This document shows, in pieces, positions 28,438-40,601 of a stretch of DNA of 64,000 nt (positions are counted from its first letter, which is position 1; each line of letters begins with the position of its first letter). The DNA is taken from contig OZ218953.1 in assembly GCA_965112735.1 (NCBI GenBank), positions 3,162,001 through 3,226,000 on the forward strand. Direction: 5' to 3'. Under the pieces are notes generated by a model. It was not told where the DNA came from. It searched no databases and worked only from the letters and a program-made list of their open reading frames with translations. The position numbers and the translations under genes were made by a program. The stretch is from Phaeosaccion multiseriatum (taxonomy: Eukaryota; Protista; Ochrophyta, other classes).

Positions 28438-31400
28438 AGGCCCCACATTCGCCCCTCTTCTCGTCCCCTCGTGCCGGCTCGCTGTCGCTCGCACCCGAGC
28501 CACGATCACGTCAGCCGCATGTACAGCAAGTGCGTGCCTAAATGACCGTGGCAAAGACTCGTCGCAGCAATCATCCAGACTACGGGCATCACCAGCGCCG
28601 AGCTTCAAGGCCTCCGAGTGACCGGTGCCAAGCTGCAGCATCACCAGCGAGAGCTGAAGCAGCGATGGCGTGTGTGCGTCGGAGCAGGGCAGTGCAAAGA
28701 CGCGCTCCACTCCGCGGAAGAGCGACTCCCTCAACAGCCTCCTCGTCACCGTAGATGATGGTGGTGCGCTGAGATTCACAGTGGAGATCGTAGCGGTGGG
28801 TGTAGGCTGTTGCTCCATTGGTGGCGAGAAGACCCTCTGGAAGAAGAATCCGCCACCCTCGCTCAAGACGCGAGTCAGGCGCTCGAACATGACCTCGTGC
28901 TGTCTGCTGCAGAGCCCCAATGCTCCTGTTAGTGCTGCCCTCGCCCTCCCGGGCTGCTGAGTACCCCAAGTGGTGCTACCCTCGCCACCTTCGTCGTTGC
29001 CAAGCATGGCCCAAGTCCAGGCGGTCACTACTGCCCAGACAAAGGAATTCGAACGCTGTATGGCGACTTGTAGCTCTTCGTGGCCCTGGCCAAGCAGGTG
29101 CTGTTGCTCCGCGTCGATGTACGCTCTACACACCGGAAGCACGTCTCCCACATGAACGCAGGGCAGACTCAGCCACTGTTCGCACAAACACAAAAAGGCG
29201 GGGCGATCGTCGTAAGCAGCCGCAGCACGTCAGAAAGGTGATGAAATTGGGCCGGGCCGGGCCCAAAGATAGTCGCAAGGCGCCAGCGACGTACGTGAGT
29301 GAGTGGGCCCTAGAAAGAGACACCACCCCCACCACAAGAAGAAGCCAGCCGAGGCGAAGCAGAAGGGTTAGAAACGGGGCCGACAGCTGTCATACATGTG
29401 CGCTTTCTTAAAATGCCGCTCTCGTTCTCCCCCGGCCCCAAGTCCGGCCAGGCTTACTTGCGCAGCACTCACCCGACTGACAAACGCTTGCCCCTGTTCG
29501 CCGAGCATATGCAGGAGGAACCGAACAGTATCGTCTCCGAATGCGGGGCAGCGACACACGTGCTCCACGCTCCACAGGGCCAGCATGTCCGCCAGTGCCC
29601 CTCTCAGGACGTCCGTGGTGCTCGCATCCGCCTGCTGCCGGTACTCGTACTCGCCATGTTCACGACGGGGGGACATCATCTGTGTGTGTGTGTGCGTGTG
29701 CGTGGGCGTCTTTTCCTCCTCCTCAAGCTCGTATCCGACGACGCCGAGGCCTCCGAGGCCTCCTGGAAGACACAAGAGGGATCGGATCCAGGATCACAGG
29801 CAAGGCGAGGCAAGCCCAGTCAGCAGCGGCACAAATGCGAGCAGGGAGGGAGGGAGGAGAGGGTGAGAACACTTCACGGCTTTCTTCCTTACGCTGCAAG
29901 GTGCGACTGAAACTGCATGACATGGCAAGCAAAAGCCGATACATTCACGACACCACGACACACACAACTGACCTTCTCTTAGTGGTGCGCTTTCTTCTGG
30001 CGTTGGTGAAGAGGAAGGGGGCTCACCGCTGCCGCTGCTGTATGCCCAGCTAGTCATGCTCGCCAGCATGTTCAGCCACACCACTCCGACGCGCGCGTGA
30101 CTGATGCTCCTTGTGATGGTAACCATGTCCTGCAGCCGCGGGGGAGGGCAGGAGCCAGAGCTAGTCAAGCCCCCCCACGGGCAGGGGAGGAACTGTCCAG
30201 GGGAGGGGGAGGAGGAGGGGGAGGGGGGGGAGAAGGTCGCCGAGCCGCAGGAGCAGGAGCAAGGCTCAGTGGAGCTCCTTCTTCCGGGGAGGGGAGGAGA
30301 CGAAGAAGGAACTCGTCCTCCTCCTGCTCCTCCTCCTGCTCCTCCTCCTGCTCCTCCTTCTGCTCCTCCTCCTCCTCCTCCTCCTCCTCCTCCTCCTCCT
30401 CCTTCTCTTTCTACCCGATGGCTCTCCCTCAGCAGCCCCAGCGTGGACTCCGAGTTTGCGACGGAGAGAAAGCCGCAATAGTCGTCGCAAAGAGCCAACA
30501 GGCACAGCACAGTGATCAAAGTGAAGCGCGTCTGCTCCTCCTCCTCCCCCTCCTCCTCCCCTCCCCTCTGTGATGCTCGCCCCTTCTTGTGCCTCTTGTG
30601 CTCTCCACCTCTTTCGGGCAGCAGTCGGTGGTGCTGCTGCTGCCTCTTGTGCATCGCCGTGGAGGATTGTGTCTTTGGTGCGGAAGTCAGAGCTTGCCCC
30701 TGCTGCTTCTGTATCACCAGCTGCTCTAACCTGCGCATCACGTGTTGGTCGAAGGAGAGGGCAAGAGAGGGGCCATTCCATGATGCCAAGAGCCCTCGCA
30801 AAGCGCTATGAAAGCCCCGCCGTGCGTCGCCATCGCTCAGCAGGAGCATCGCCTGCGAAGTAAAGACGGATGGAGCGAGTGGGGTTTGGGATTGGACTTG
30901 GTTTTGGACGAGGGACGGTTCGTGACCAAAAGAGGAGACCTAGTTTTCGAGCAGGCAGAAAACGAACTATTGAGGCATTGTGGAGGAGGCAGCAAACGAA
31001 GGCAAGTAGACGAAGCGCAGCTATTGGCAATCCAGAGATGGTGCCAGGCGGTGCCTGCCTCGCTCCTCTCCTCTCACCTGTCCGTACAAGGCCAAGACTC
31101 TATAGAGAAGTGACCCCAGCTCCTCCGTGCGAGCCCTACTCAGACGCCGCTGCTTGTGTAGTCGCTTCTGCTGCTGCTGCGGGCTCTCATCCGAGGCTAA
31201 GGCGAAGATCGTGGTACTATGTTGCTGGTGCTGCTCCTGCTGCTGCTCCTTCAGGCTATTGATGACCCTGAGCAGAGCCGGCACCAAGTTGTGCTCCAGC
31301 ACACACTGGATGACGCTGCCTACAACAGCCTGGCTCGTACTCCCACCACCGCTGCTGCTTGTGCTGGTCGCCTTTCCATCCCTGGTGGCGCTGGCTTGGG

Positions 31401-32542
31401 GCGGGCCCCGCTCTGCTATTCGTCCTCCTCTTCCCTGAGTACCACCACCGAGAGAAGGAGGAACCCTTGGCACTGTGGCAGTTTTGCAGTGTCCTCGACC
31501 CCCCTTCCCTTCCTCCCCTCCCTCCTCTCCCTCGTCCTCCTCCTCCTCACCGCTCACCCTTGCCAGAGCCTCCGCGCACTCAAGCTGTGCCGCCACACAG
31601 CGAAAGCAGGCGATAGCGACGGTACCACCATTTTCCTCCTCCTTCGCGATACTACTGACCGGCTCCAGTAGTTGGTGCTGCAGTTCGGCCTCTGGGAGGA
31701 GAACGTCGCCGCCGGCCTCACCTCCGCAGCCCATGACAAGAATGCTGTCGAACAACCTCGTCGCGCCCGACAGCACGCGATGGGTCGATGGTTCGACGAG
31801 ACTCCCTCCGCTGCCCCACCTCGGAGCCTGGGCCCTCCCACTCGTAACTGGGGTTGCTGTTGAGGAGGAGGAGGCGGCAGTGACTCCCGAGGACGGGTGC
31901 TTCCCTTCCTCAAGGTGCCTCGTAAGCACAGAGAGCACGTATGTGAGAAGGGAGAAGGCGGTCATTTTGAGTGTTTGCCGCTGCTGCTGCTGCTCCTGCT
32001 CCTGCTGCGGCGACGCCCCATCGGCGAATAAGTCGGCCTGGTCGACGTGGAAATCGAGGCCCACTTCAAGATCGAGGTGCTGCTGCAGGGCCTCGAGCAT
32101 GGCGCTGAGTTGCTCCTCGAAGGGCCTGTAAGCCCTCGGCACGGCCAAGTCCTCCTCGGTGAGCATTCGCATCACCTCCTCTGCGAGCTGCAGGCCCAAG
32201 CGCGCGACGCTCCTCCTCTTTCTCTCCTTCCCCCTCATCCTCCTCCTCCTCGTCGTCGTCCCATTAGTGCTCAACATTAACACGGTCCCTCCGCTGTTGT
32301 TGCCGGTGCTGTTGTTGCTCTGACTGCGCGGCCCCTCCCCCTGACCCGGCCTCCCTCTTCCCTCCGCTGCACCACTGCTGCTGCCATGATGGTGGCTGCT
32401 ATTAGCCCCCCCCCCCAGTAGCAAGGTGCACCGTCCGATCACTGCCTCCACCACACCCGAGGTCGGCGCCGGAGACGCGTGGCGGAGCGTGGTGATGAGA
32501 AGCGCGCTGCACTCCCGGACGGACTCCGAGTTCCCACTGTCG

Positions 32543-32575
<33 letters not shown>

Positions 32576-35500
32576 CAATCACCAGTACCGTCGTCATCAT
32601 CATCATCATCGTCGTCGTCGGCGTCGTCGTCATCGCAGGGGCCGGTGGATGCGGCGCTATTCCCCAGCAGTCTGAGCAGTGCGCTGTTGAAGCCTTCAAG
32701 GTCGCTTGACACGTCTGCAAAGAACTCCAGAGGAGAGTGCTGCGTGATGCGAGGCATTAGGGCCATGCACGGGACATCAAACCAAAGCACAGCACACAGC
32801 ACAGCGGATCAGCCAGCGTCGGGAGCGAAGGAGAGGGAATGAAGAAGAAACAACGCAGGTAGCGGTGGGACTTCAACGTCAGAAGAGAAGAACGGGCGAG
32901 AGCGAGCGATTCGACCGGCCACACGATCTAGTCAGACCAGGAGGGGGGCGGAGACTGAGTACCTCAGCCATGGGATAGGAGAACTCGAGCGAGGTTGGTC
33001 TACCTTATGTCAATGGGGCTGCACACCACGCACGCGGCGGTGCTTGTTCGTGGGAGGGTGGAGAAGAGTGTGACGTCAAACGGACAAGATTTCACCTTAC
33101 AAAGAGAATTGTACCCTCTTTCTCCCTTTTGCTCCCGTACCTGAGCGAGCATATTGAGAGGCGCAAGGAAGTGGCAAGGGGCGTTCTCCCTCAGCACCAG
33201 CGTTCTCGCTCCCTTCGCCTCGCCCACCCCCCCCCCAAAGGAGCTGTGGGAGCCATGTAAGGGGCTGCGGTTCTTCTTGTCCTTGTTGTTCTTCTTCTTG
33301 CTCGCCGCCGCTCCGAGCGCTGCTTGCAGGAGGAAGTCCCCTAGGCCCGCAGAGATGAAGGCTGAGCGAAAGGCAGGCGCACCCGTCTCGCCCTCGTCTC
33401 CCGCTGCGAGGATGAACGAGGCGGCGGCGGCGCGAGATGGTGCGGCTGAGCCCACCAATGGGAGGAGGGGAGGGGGAGAGGGAAGGAGAAGGGAGAGGGG
33501 GGGGGTGAGGAAGGGTCAGAGGGAGGCAGTATCAGCAGCCAGCAGCAGCCGAACGAAGGTAGGTCGAGAAAGGGGCAGGGGTCAGGGATCTGGTGGGGGG
33601 GGGGAGGAAAGAGGCGGTCCGTTGCTGTCCTTAGGGAGGGTGCGACGGATTGACTGGCTCACTGACTGACTGACTGACTGACCGACTGACGGACTGACCT
33701 GAGGATATGAGGAGTGACTTAAGGAGGGCGGCCAGGGAATGGGCGAAGGGGTCGTTCTTGTTGCTGCTGCCTCTGCCACTGCCACTGCTGCCCAATGCTG
33801 CAGGGTGGGAGAGAAGAGCTTCGAGCACCGGGGAGGAGGGCAAGCCTCGAAGAAGAAGGAGGTGCTGCTGCTGCTGTGGTGGCTGCTGCTGCTGCTGCTG
33901 CTGCGCCGCGTGACCAGGACCGCCAAAGGAGTCGTCTCGAGGAGCCATGGCCCCCGCTATCGTGCGACAGTACACGAGCAGGATGGTCATGAGGCCACAT
34001 GCGCTGATCTTCAGCCCCTCGTCCGCCACACCTTCCAGTGCCTGCGGTGTGGTGGCTAGCATCTTTACGAAGGGATCTATCCCTCCTGCTTCTACTCCTC
34101 CTCCCCGATGGCGGTGGGTATCGCTTGGCCCGGACATCATGAATCCTCTAGTAAAGTAAGATCCGGCACAATGTACAAAGCAAAGCACAAGCAAAGCACA
34201 AGCAAACGGGGCAGCGGAAGCGATGTACAGCACAGAGGCAGGAAGGCGTGAGAGCGGGCGAGCAAGTCGGCAGGGCAGAGGGTGGTGTACTGTGCTGTCC
34301 CGCAGCCAGTCGTGAATTTGGCTGGCTAAGGGTTTGGCTGCTGTTTGTCGTTGTCGCTTGAAAATTGCAGTGCAGCCATCCTTCCCTCGTGAGACTCAAC
34401 ATCAAAGGGCGCTCTCTCACGTACCTGGTGCCCAGGCTGCTGAGGTGCAGCGTACACAGCTCTACCGCCACGAAAGCGACGTCCAGCCTCATGTTCTTGG
34501 GCATCTTCATCCTCAGGCCACCGCTACAGTTGCTGCTGCTACTTTTCTTCTTCTCGGGCCCGGTCCCGGCCCATGCTTGAGCAAGGGTCTCCATGACCGC
34601 CTTTGTTCTCGCCCCAAGCCTCTACCAAGGAGGAGGCAGCAGCAGCGGTAGCGGCAGTGGCAATGTTGGAGATTGGATGATGGTGAGAATAAGGGGGGGG
34701 GCGAGGGGGACAGGGGGGTGACGGGGGTGTGCCAGGAATGAGAGATATGTGGAGCGGGAGAGACAAAGGGGCGAGTCGGTATCTGGAGCTTGTGCCGGAG
34801 ATGCGGGCCAGGACGATGCGCGACTGTAAGACGAGCCGAGGTCGGGTAGGAATCCCTGCCCCTCCGCCTGCTCTCCTCAGGTATACATTGCCCTAAAGCC
34901 ATCTGTCATCTTTCCTTCCATCTCATCTCCGGTTGCCTCACTCACGTGTGCGCAAGACATGTAGGTGTCTTCATCCGTGCGTACCCTCTCAAGCAGAGTG
35001 CCCAGCGCCTGTAGATACGACGCTCCTCTCGGTAGATGCAGCGAAACCACCTGCGTGGGAAGAGAAGCGGGACCACGGAGTTCCGGGGACCGTGAAGCAC
35101 AGCGAGGGAGAGAGAGCCAGTAAGACAGCGGAGAGAAACCGCAAGGCAAACAACATCGCCACGTCAGTAGTCAAGCTGCGGCAGCCAATATCACACTACC
35201 CTAAGAGAAGCAAGATAGGGCGGCGCTAAGGCACAAAACTGAGAGAGCTGGGGCTGAACTTACTTTGTCCATGAGAGCGGCGACTACGGAGGGCGCGTCC
35301 ATCAGCTCCGTACCAATGGCTGCGAAGCACTCCACTGCCAGCTGGGCCATGCCCTCCTCTCCACTGCTGAGGCTCACCCCGTGATGGCCTCCCTGTGATA
35401 AGGCATGTTGCTGCTGCTGCTGCTGCTCATTCTGTCCGCCGAGAGCGGTAAACAAGAGCTCGAGAAGATGTCGCTGGCGGGCATCGGTGCGACACATACG

Positions 35501-36079
35501 CATCAGGAGGCATAGGGGAGCAGAGAGGAGGCCATGAGGCAGAGAGAATCACGGGCGTGCGAGCGTTTGGGGGGAGAGTCAAGACGCAAAGTCTCAAAGT
35601 GAGAAATGACGCAGGGGGTGACATAGCCTGCAGAGTAGCCAAATCCCTGTCTCGGCCCTGGCGTTTATATTCACTGCCCAACCTGCTGCTGCCGGAGCTG
35701 TGGGCCCCAACATGCTCCGCAAGGGGGACATGGCGATGTCGCGCTATTGCTCTCACTGCTGCTGCTGTTACTGCTGCTGCTAGCTATGGCTTCCAACAAG
35801 CTGCTAAGGAATGCGTACTGCTTCCAGCCCACTCGAGAGTCCAGGACCTCCGCCGCTCCGCTGAGCAGACAAGCTACGGAAGCTACCATAAAGGCTTGGT
35901 CTGTAATCTGCGTTCGCTTCCCAACTGATTTCAAAATCGTTCTCATGTGTACGTGATTGGGCCTAGATCTGTACCCACTTTCTATAAGTGTGTTTGGTGT
36001 GGGTGTGTGTTTTTTCTCTATAGCGCTGCCTACGATGGAGCCTAGGGTATACATCGTCCGTCTTGCACACTCCATCCAT
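25933..36079 (-). CDS. MEI1: Large multi-exon helical-repeat protein, probable MEI1/PRD1 homologue (meiotic double-strand-break formation)
   Basis: Collinear blocks resemble mammalian MEI1 as recalled: RHLLELLFTAL, PRGASYLQALGTLLERV, EGLKISACGLMTILLVY, HSLAALLKSLLISS, SAFISAGLGDFLLQ, LEFFADVSSDLEGFNSALLRLL. A start MDGVCKTDDVYPRLH splices in phase to LGKRTQITD. Internal exon boundaries are not all resolved. Confidence 0.6.
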
Positions 36080-36240
36080 GGACTTGCTCGCTTCAACCCT
36101 CCGAGACCTCTACGAGCTCTGCAGCCGTTAGAGCGAAGAGGGAGTGGGGTCGATAGATACGTCGTACACATCTCTCGATGGCGCTGCTGCTCTCGATGCA
36201 TTCGGGTGCTCAGCTCAGCTTGCATGCAGCCTGGGTCTTC

Positions 36241-37242
36241 CTACATCCTCTGCTGGTAGATCAAGTACCCCAGACCTGCTCCTACTGCAGCTGCGATAGC
36301 TAGAGCCCACCAATCGCCAGGCCCTACAGCGGCGGTGGCACACACGCGCTCCAGCATGAGCTTCCGATTCTCCCTTAAGAGGGTCTGGGGCGAAGTCTGA
36401 GCCTCCTGTAACTCATGGGCAGTAGCAGCAATCGCCCTCCTGGTGCTCTCCTCGTCCTGCTGCTCCTCCTCCTCCTCCTCCTCCTCCTCCTCCTCTTCCC
36501 CTTCCTCCTCTTCCTCTTCCTCCTCGTCGTGCTCCTCCTCCTCCGCCTCTTCGTCTTCCTTCTCATTCTCCTTCTTCTCCTTCTCCTTCTCCTCCTCCTC
36601 CTCCTCCTCCTCGTTCTCCTCCTCCTTCACTAAGCTCGAGTCCGACCCGCCCTCTCGAGCCCGAACGGAGGAGGGGAAAAAGAACTCCATGTAAGTAGCC
36701 ATTCTTTTCTCTTGCTCCTCCTTCATCTTCTGCTCCGCCTCCGTCAGCTCCACCTCCTCCTCCTCCTCCTGCTCCTCCTCCTCCGTCCACTTCCGCTCCT
36801 GCTCCTCCTCCTCTTTGTAGTCGTCGGCGTAGTGGTCGTCCTCGAAAGGCGGCTCGAAAGTGTATGTCTCCGACCCACCCTCCTCGAGCATCGTCTCCAG
36901 CCATCTCTCTGCCTCCGCGAACAACTCCGTCACAGCGGGCGCTCCATCAGGATAGTCGGAATCGATTTTGCCTGAAGAAGCCTTCACGGGTTCTTGTACT
37001 GTTGACTCCATGGTCCCCGCAGAGCTGGGTGGAGGCTTTTCTTCGTCCTCCGAAGAAAACTCGTCCTCCGAAGAGAGCTCATCCGCCCAAACCCTTCCTG
37101 CTTCCCTTAGGTTTCCACCAATGGAGCGCGTCTGACATAGACTGCGAAAGCTCGAATGAAAAGAGGAAAAAGAAGAAAAGGCTAAGTCAAGGCTAAGAGG
37201 GGCATAAGGGAGGGGGGCACTGTCGCTTCGTGTGAACGGCAC
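36241..37242 (-). CDS. Highly acidic protein with a single C-terminal transmembrane helix (tail-anchored); function unknown; start uncertain (first ATG 37011)
   Basis: Long open frame with Glu-rich tracts, ending WWALAIAAAVGAGLGYLIYQQRM*. Confidence 0.6.
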   Translation of the reverse strand: MPFTRSDSAPLPYAPLSLDLAFSSFSSFHSSFRSLCQTRSIGGNLREAGRVWADELSSEDEFSSEDEEKPPPSSAGTMESTVQEPVKASSGKIDSDYPDGAPAVTELFAEAERWLETMLEEGGSETYTFEPPFEDDHYADDYKEEEEQERKWTEEEEQEEEEEVELTEAEQKMKEEQEKRMATYMEFFFPSSVRAREGGSDSSLVKEEENEEEEEEEEKEKEKKENEKEDEEAEEEEHDEEEEEEEEGEEEEEEEEEEEEQQDEESTRRAIAATAHELQEAQTSPQTLLRENRKLMLERVCATAAVGPGDWWALAIAAAVGAGLGYLIYQQRM

Positions 37243-37339
37243 GCCTTTGGCCCATCACCAATTGCCTCCCTTCGCGCCAAAGGGAGGCAGCGAGCAATAG
37301 AGAAGCAAACCTAAGGTGAGGGAGCTTTGAAGCGTCTTG

Positions 37340-39610
37340 TTAGTAGGTTTTAGCAGTGATGTCCATGTCACTTTTCGCTAGCTCCCGGATGCACATGGTG
37401 GCAAAGCAACCTGATCCCAGGGAGAAGGAAACGCATACGGAAGCATCTGCAGGCCTCTGCTGCTGTATGTCCGACTGCTCCTCCCCCTCCTCCTCCTGCT
37501 GCTGCTGCTGCTGGGCGTCGCTGCCGGTACAGGGGGCGGCCCTGTCCTCCTCGGTGAGATTCTCTCGCTGGAGGCGCTGAGGGAAGTGAAGGAGGGTGCG
37601 GTACGATCCCTTCAGCATACCTGGCGGTGGACAGTTATGAGGGGTCGGGGCCGAGGAGGGGAGGCAAGCAAGGGAGGGCGGTGGAGGCGGAGGAAGGGGA
37701 GAGTCTGCATGAGTGAATGAGGGTGGGTGGATGGACGGATGGGTGGATGGGTGGATGGATGGATGGATGGATGGATGGATGGATGGATGGATGGATGGAT
37801 GGATGGATGGATGGATGGATGGATGGATGGATGGATGGATGGATGGATGGATGGATGGATGGATGGATGGATGGATGGATGGATGGATGGATGGATGGAT
37901 GGATGGATGGATGGATGGATGGATGGATGGATGGATGGATGGATGGATGGATGGATGGATGGATGGATGGATGGATGGATGGATGGATGGATGGATGGAT
38001 GGATGGATGGATGGATGGATGGATGGATGGATGGATGGATGGATGGATGGATGGATGGATGGATGGATGGATGGATGGCGCTGTGGGGCTCGGAAGAAGG
38101 GAGCTCAAGTCCAGCCCCCAGATACACGGAGAGGCCAGGGAATGGTGTACGCGCGCGGCACACCGACACACAGATGCACAGATACACAGATGCACACACA
38201 CACATGCACCTACACCTACACCTACACCACCAGCGCACCCCACCTTTGTACGCGCTGGTCTTGAAGGACGCAACATCGATGCCCTCCTGTTCCAGCAGGT
38301 CCCTGTAGCACTGTCCGATCTGCTCTCTCAGCAAGGGGGGGGGGGGGGGGACAGAACAGGACAGGACGGGACAGGAAGGCCGCAGCAAGAAGTGGGTCAG
38401 TCAACACGCTCAAGGACCTTCGCGTGACGCACAGGCGGAAGGGGTTGGAGCGAAAGGGGAGTGTGGTGGTGAGCAGGAGCACAAAACGCTTAGAAGAGAG
38501 AGGAAGAGGGCGCACGCGCGCACGCACACACACACACACATACATCGCCACACTCCCTCCTTCCCCTCACCTCATGCTCCGGATACACGCTGCGTGAGCC
38601 CGCGATGGGCAGCACCACCCTCCTGAGCAAGCCCTGCCTCTCCTCCTCCGACCCGCAAGCTGCGAGCATGGCATCTGTCAACACCTCCACGCCAAGCAGG
38701 GCCGCAGGCTCCGCCACGCCCTTCACCCTCACCGCGCCACACCCGTCGTCGTCTACCGCTGCGGCTGCTGTGGCTGCTGTGGCTGATGCGACTGCTGCTG
38801 TCTCACCAACTGCTGCATCTGTATCTCCTCCTCCGTGGTCCGCCTGGAGTAGCAGCAGGTCGCCGGGCACGGCTTTTGCCCCGTACTACGCCAGAAAGGA
38901 GGGGGGGGGGGTGAAAGAAGAATTTGGAGAGGCAGGAAGGGGGCATCATCAGAAGGCCTTCGAAGGCATCCGAAGGCATCCGAAGGCATCCAAGCAAAGA
39001 CGAATCCGCTACTTCCTCTTACGATACTTACCCGCCGAATGCGTTCACTGGCCATCTTGTTCCACAGAAATGCCTGGTAGGAGTGCGCCCACATGGAGCG
39101 GCGACCGAACGACACCCCGTTCAGGACTCTGCCGATGGATGGATGGATGGGTGGGTGGGTGGGTGGGTGGGCGGGTGGATGAGTGGGTGTGTGAGTGGGG
39201 GGGTGAGTGGGTGGATGGATGGATGGATGGATGACAGATATGAGTGGGTGATGGGGTGGCCCTGGTGATGGGTGGCCCTGGCATTCACGCCCTCACACCC
39301 ACGACATTGGATATCGATCTCTGGATTGCTTCCGATTATTTCTAAAAGAACAAAACTCTCTACCTTCAGCCCACGCACCTTCCCCAGGAGTCGTTGCCGT
39401 ATCTGGCAAGGGCCTTAAGAATGCCCTTCTCCTGGGTCTTTCCCCTCACTCGCCCGATGGCTTTGCTCGCCTCTGCCGCCGACAGGGAGCCATCTGCAAA
39501 TGCCTTGATTGCAGAGCAGTACTGAGGCGGTCACAGGGGGGGGCGACGACGGGCAGCGGACAACGACGACCACCACAACACACGACAACGACGACAACCA
39601 CACCACACAA

Positions 39611-39663
<53 letters not shown>

Positions 39664-40418
39664 CAAAGATGCATGAGCCGCGAGAAACCACGAGGGGTGG
39701 GGACGAGCTTGTGAGCGAGCATGGATAGCGCAAGACCTGAGTCGGACTTTCGGGTGGAGATGTTTACGCCCTGCTCTCACTCTCTCTCCGCCTCCCACCA
39801 TCTCTCTCCTTCTCTCCCTCTGTCTCCATTTCCCCCTCCCTCGCCCTCGCCCTCTCCCTCGCCCTCTCCCCCTCCCTCTTCCGCACGCACCTCCCGCCAG
39901 TCCCCTTGCTGGGGCTCCAAGATGAGCATAATGGCGGCTTTAAAGTCGCCCCTTAGGATGTGCCTCCCCACCTCGTACTGCCTGGGCCTGCACATACGTC
40001 ATCAAGCATGTCACAAGTACGTCACAAAACACGTCACAAAACCCATGAGCGGTGTGGCGCCACACCATTGGAAGGCAAGAGACCGGCATTCCAGACGAGC
40101 GAAAGAAGGCAGCCGTGCTTCGCTGTTTCGCTATAGAGAGAAAGAGAGGAGTGGGGGGCGGTGGGTGGGACGCGACATACGTACAATCCTCGGCGCACGC
40201 ACACGCGCACCCACACACCCACGCACCCACGCACCCCATGCACCCACGTACGCATACCCACATACTCACCCCTTGACGTGTGGGTTGCCGACTCTCTGTG
40301 TGCCATAGAAGTTAATGAAGCCCGTCCTCTTGAGCTCCTCAATGGCCAGGTCCACTTGGGCAGAGGGCACATCCACGCCGCGCAGCACGAGGCGGAAGTG
40401 GTTGCCGCTGAGGTCTCC

Positions 40419-40456
<38 letters not shown>

Positions 40457-40550
40457 GGGGGGGGGGGCATGCACGAGCATAGACACACGCGCACACAAAC
40501 ACAGAAATCGAGAGAAAGAGAGAAAGAGAGAGAGAGAGAACGAGAGAAAC

Positions 40551-40601
<51 letters not shown>

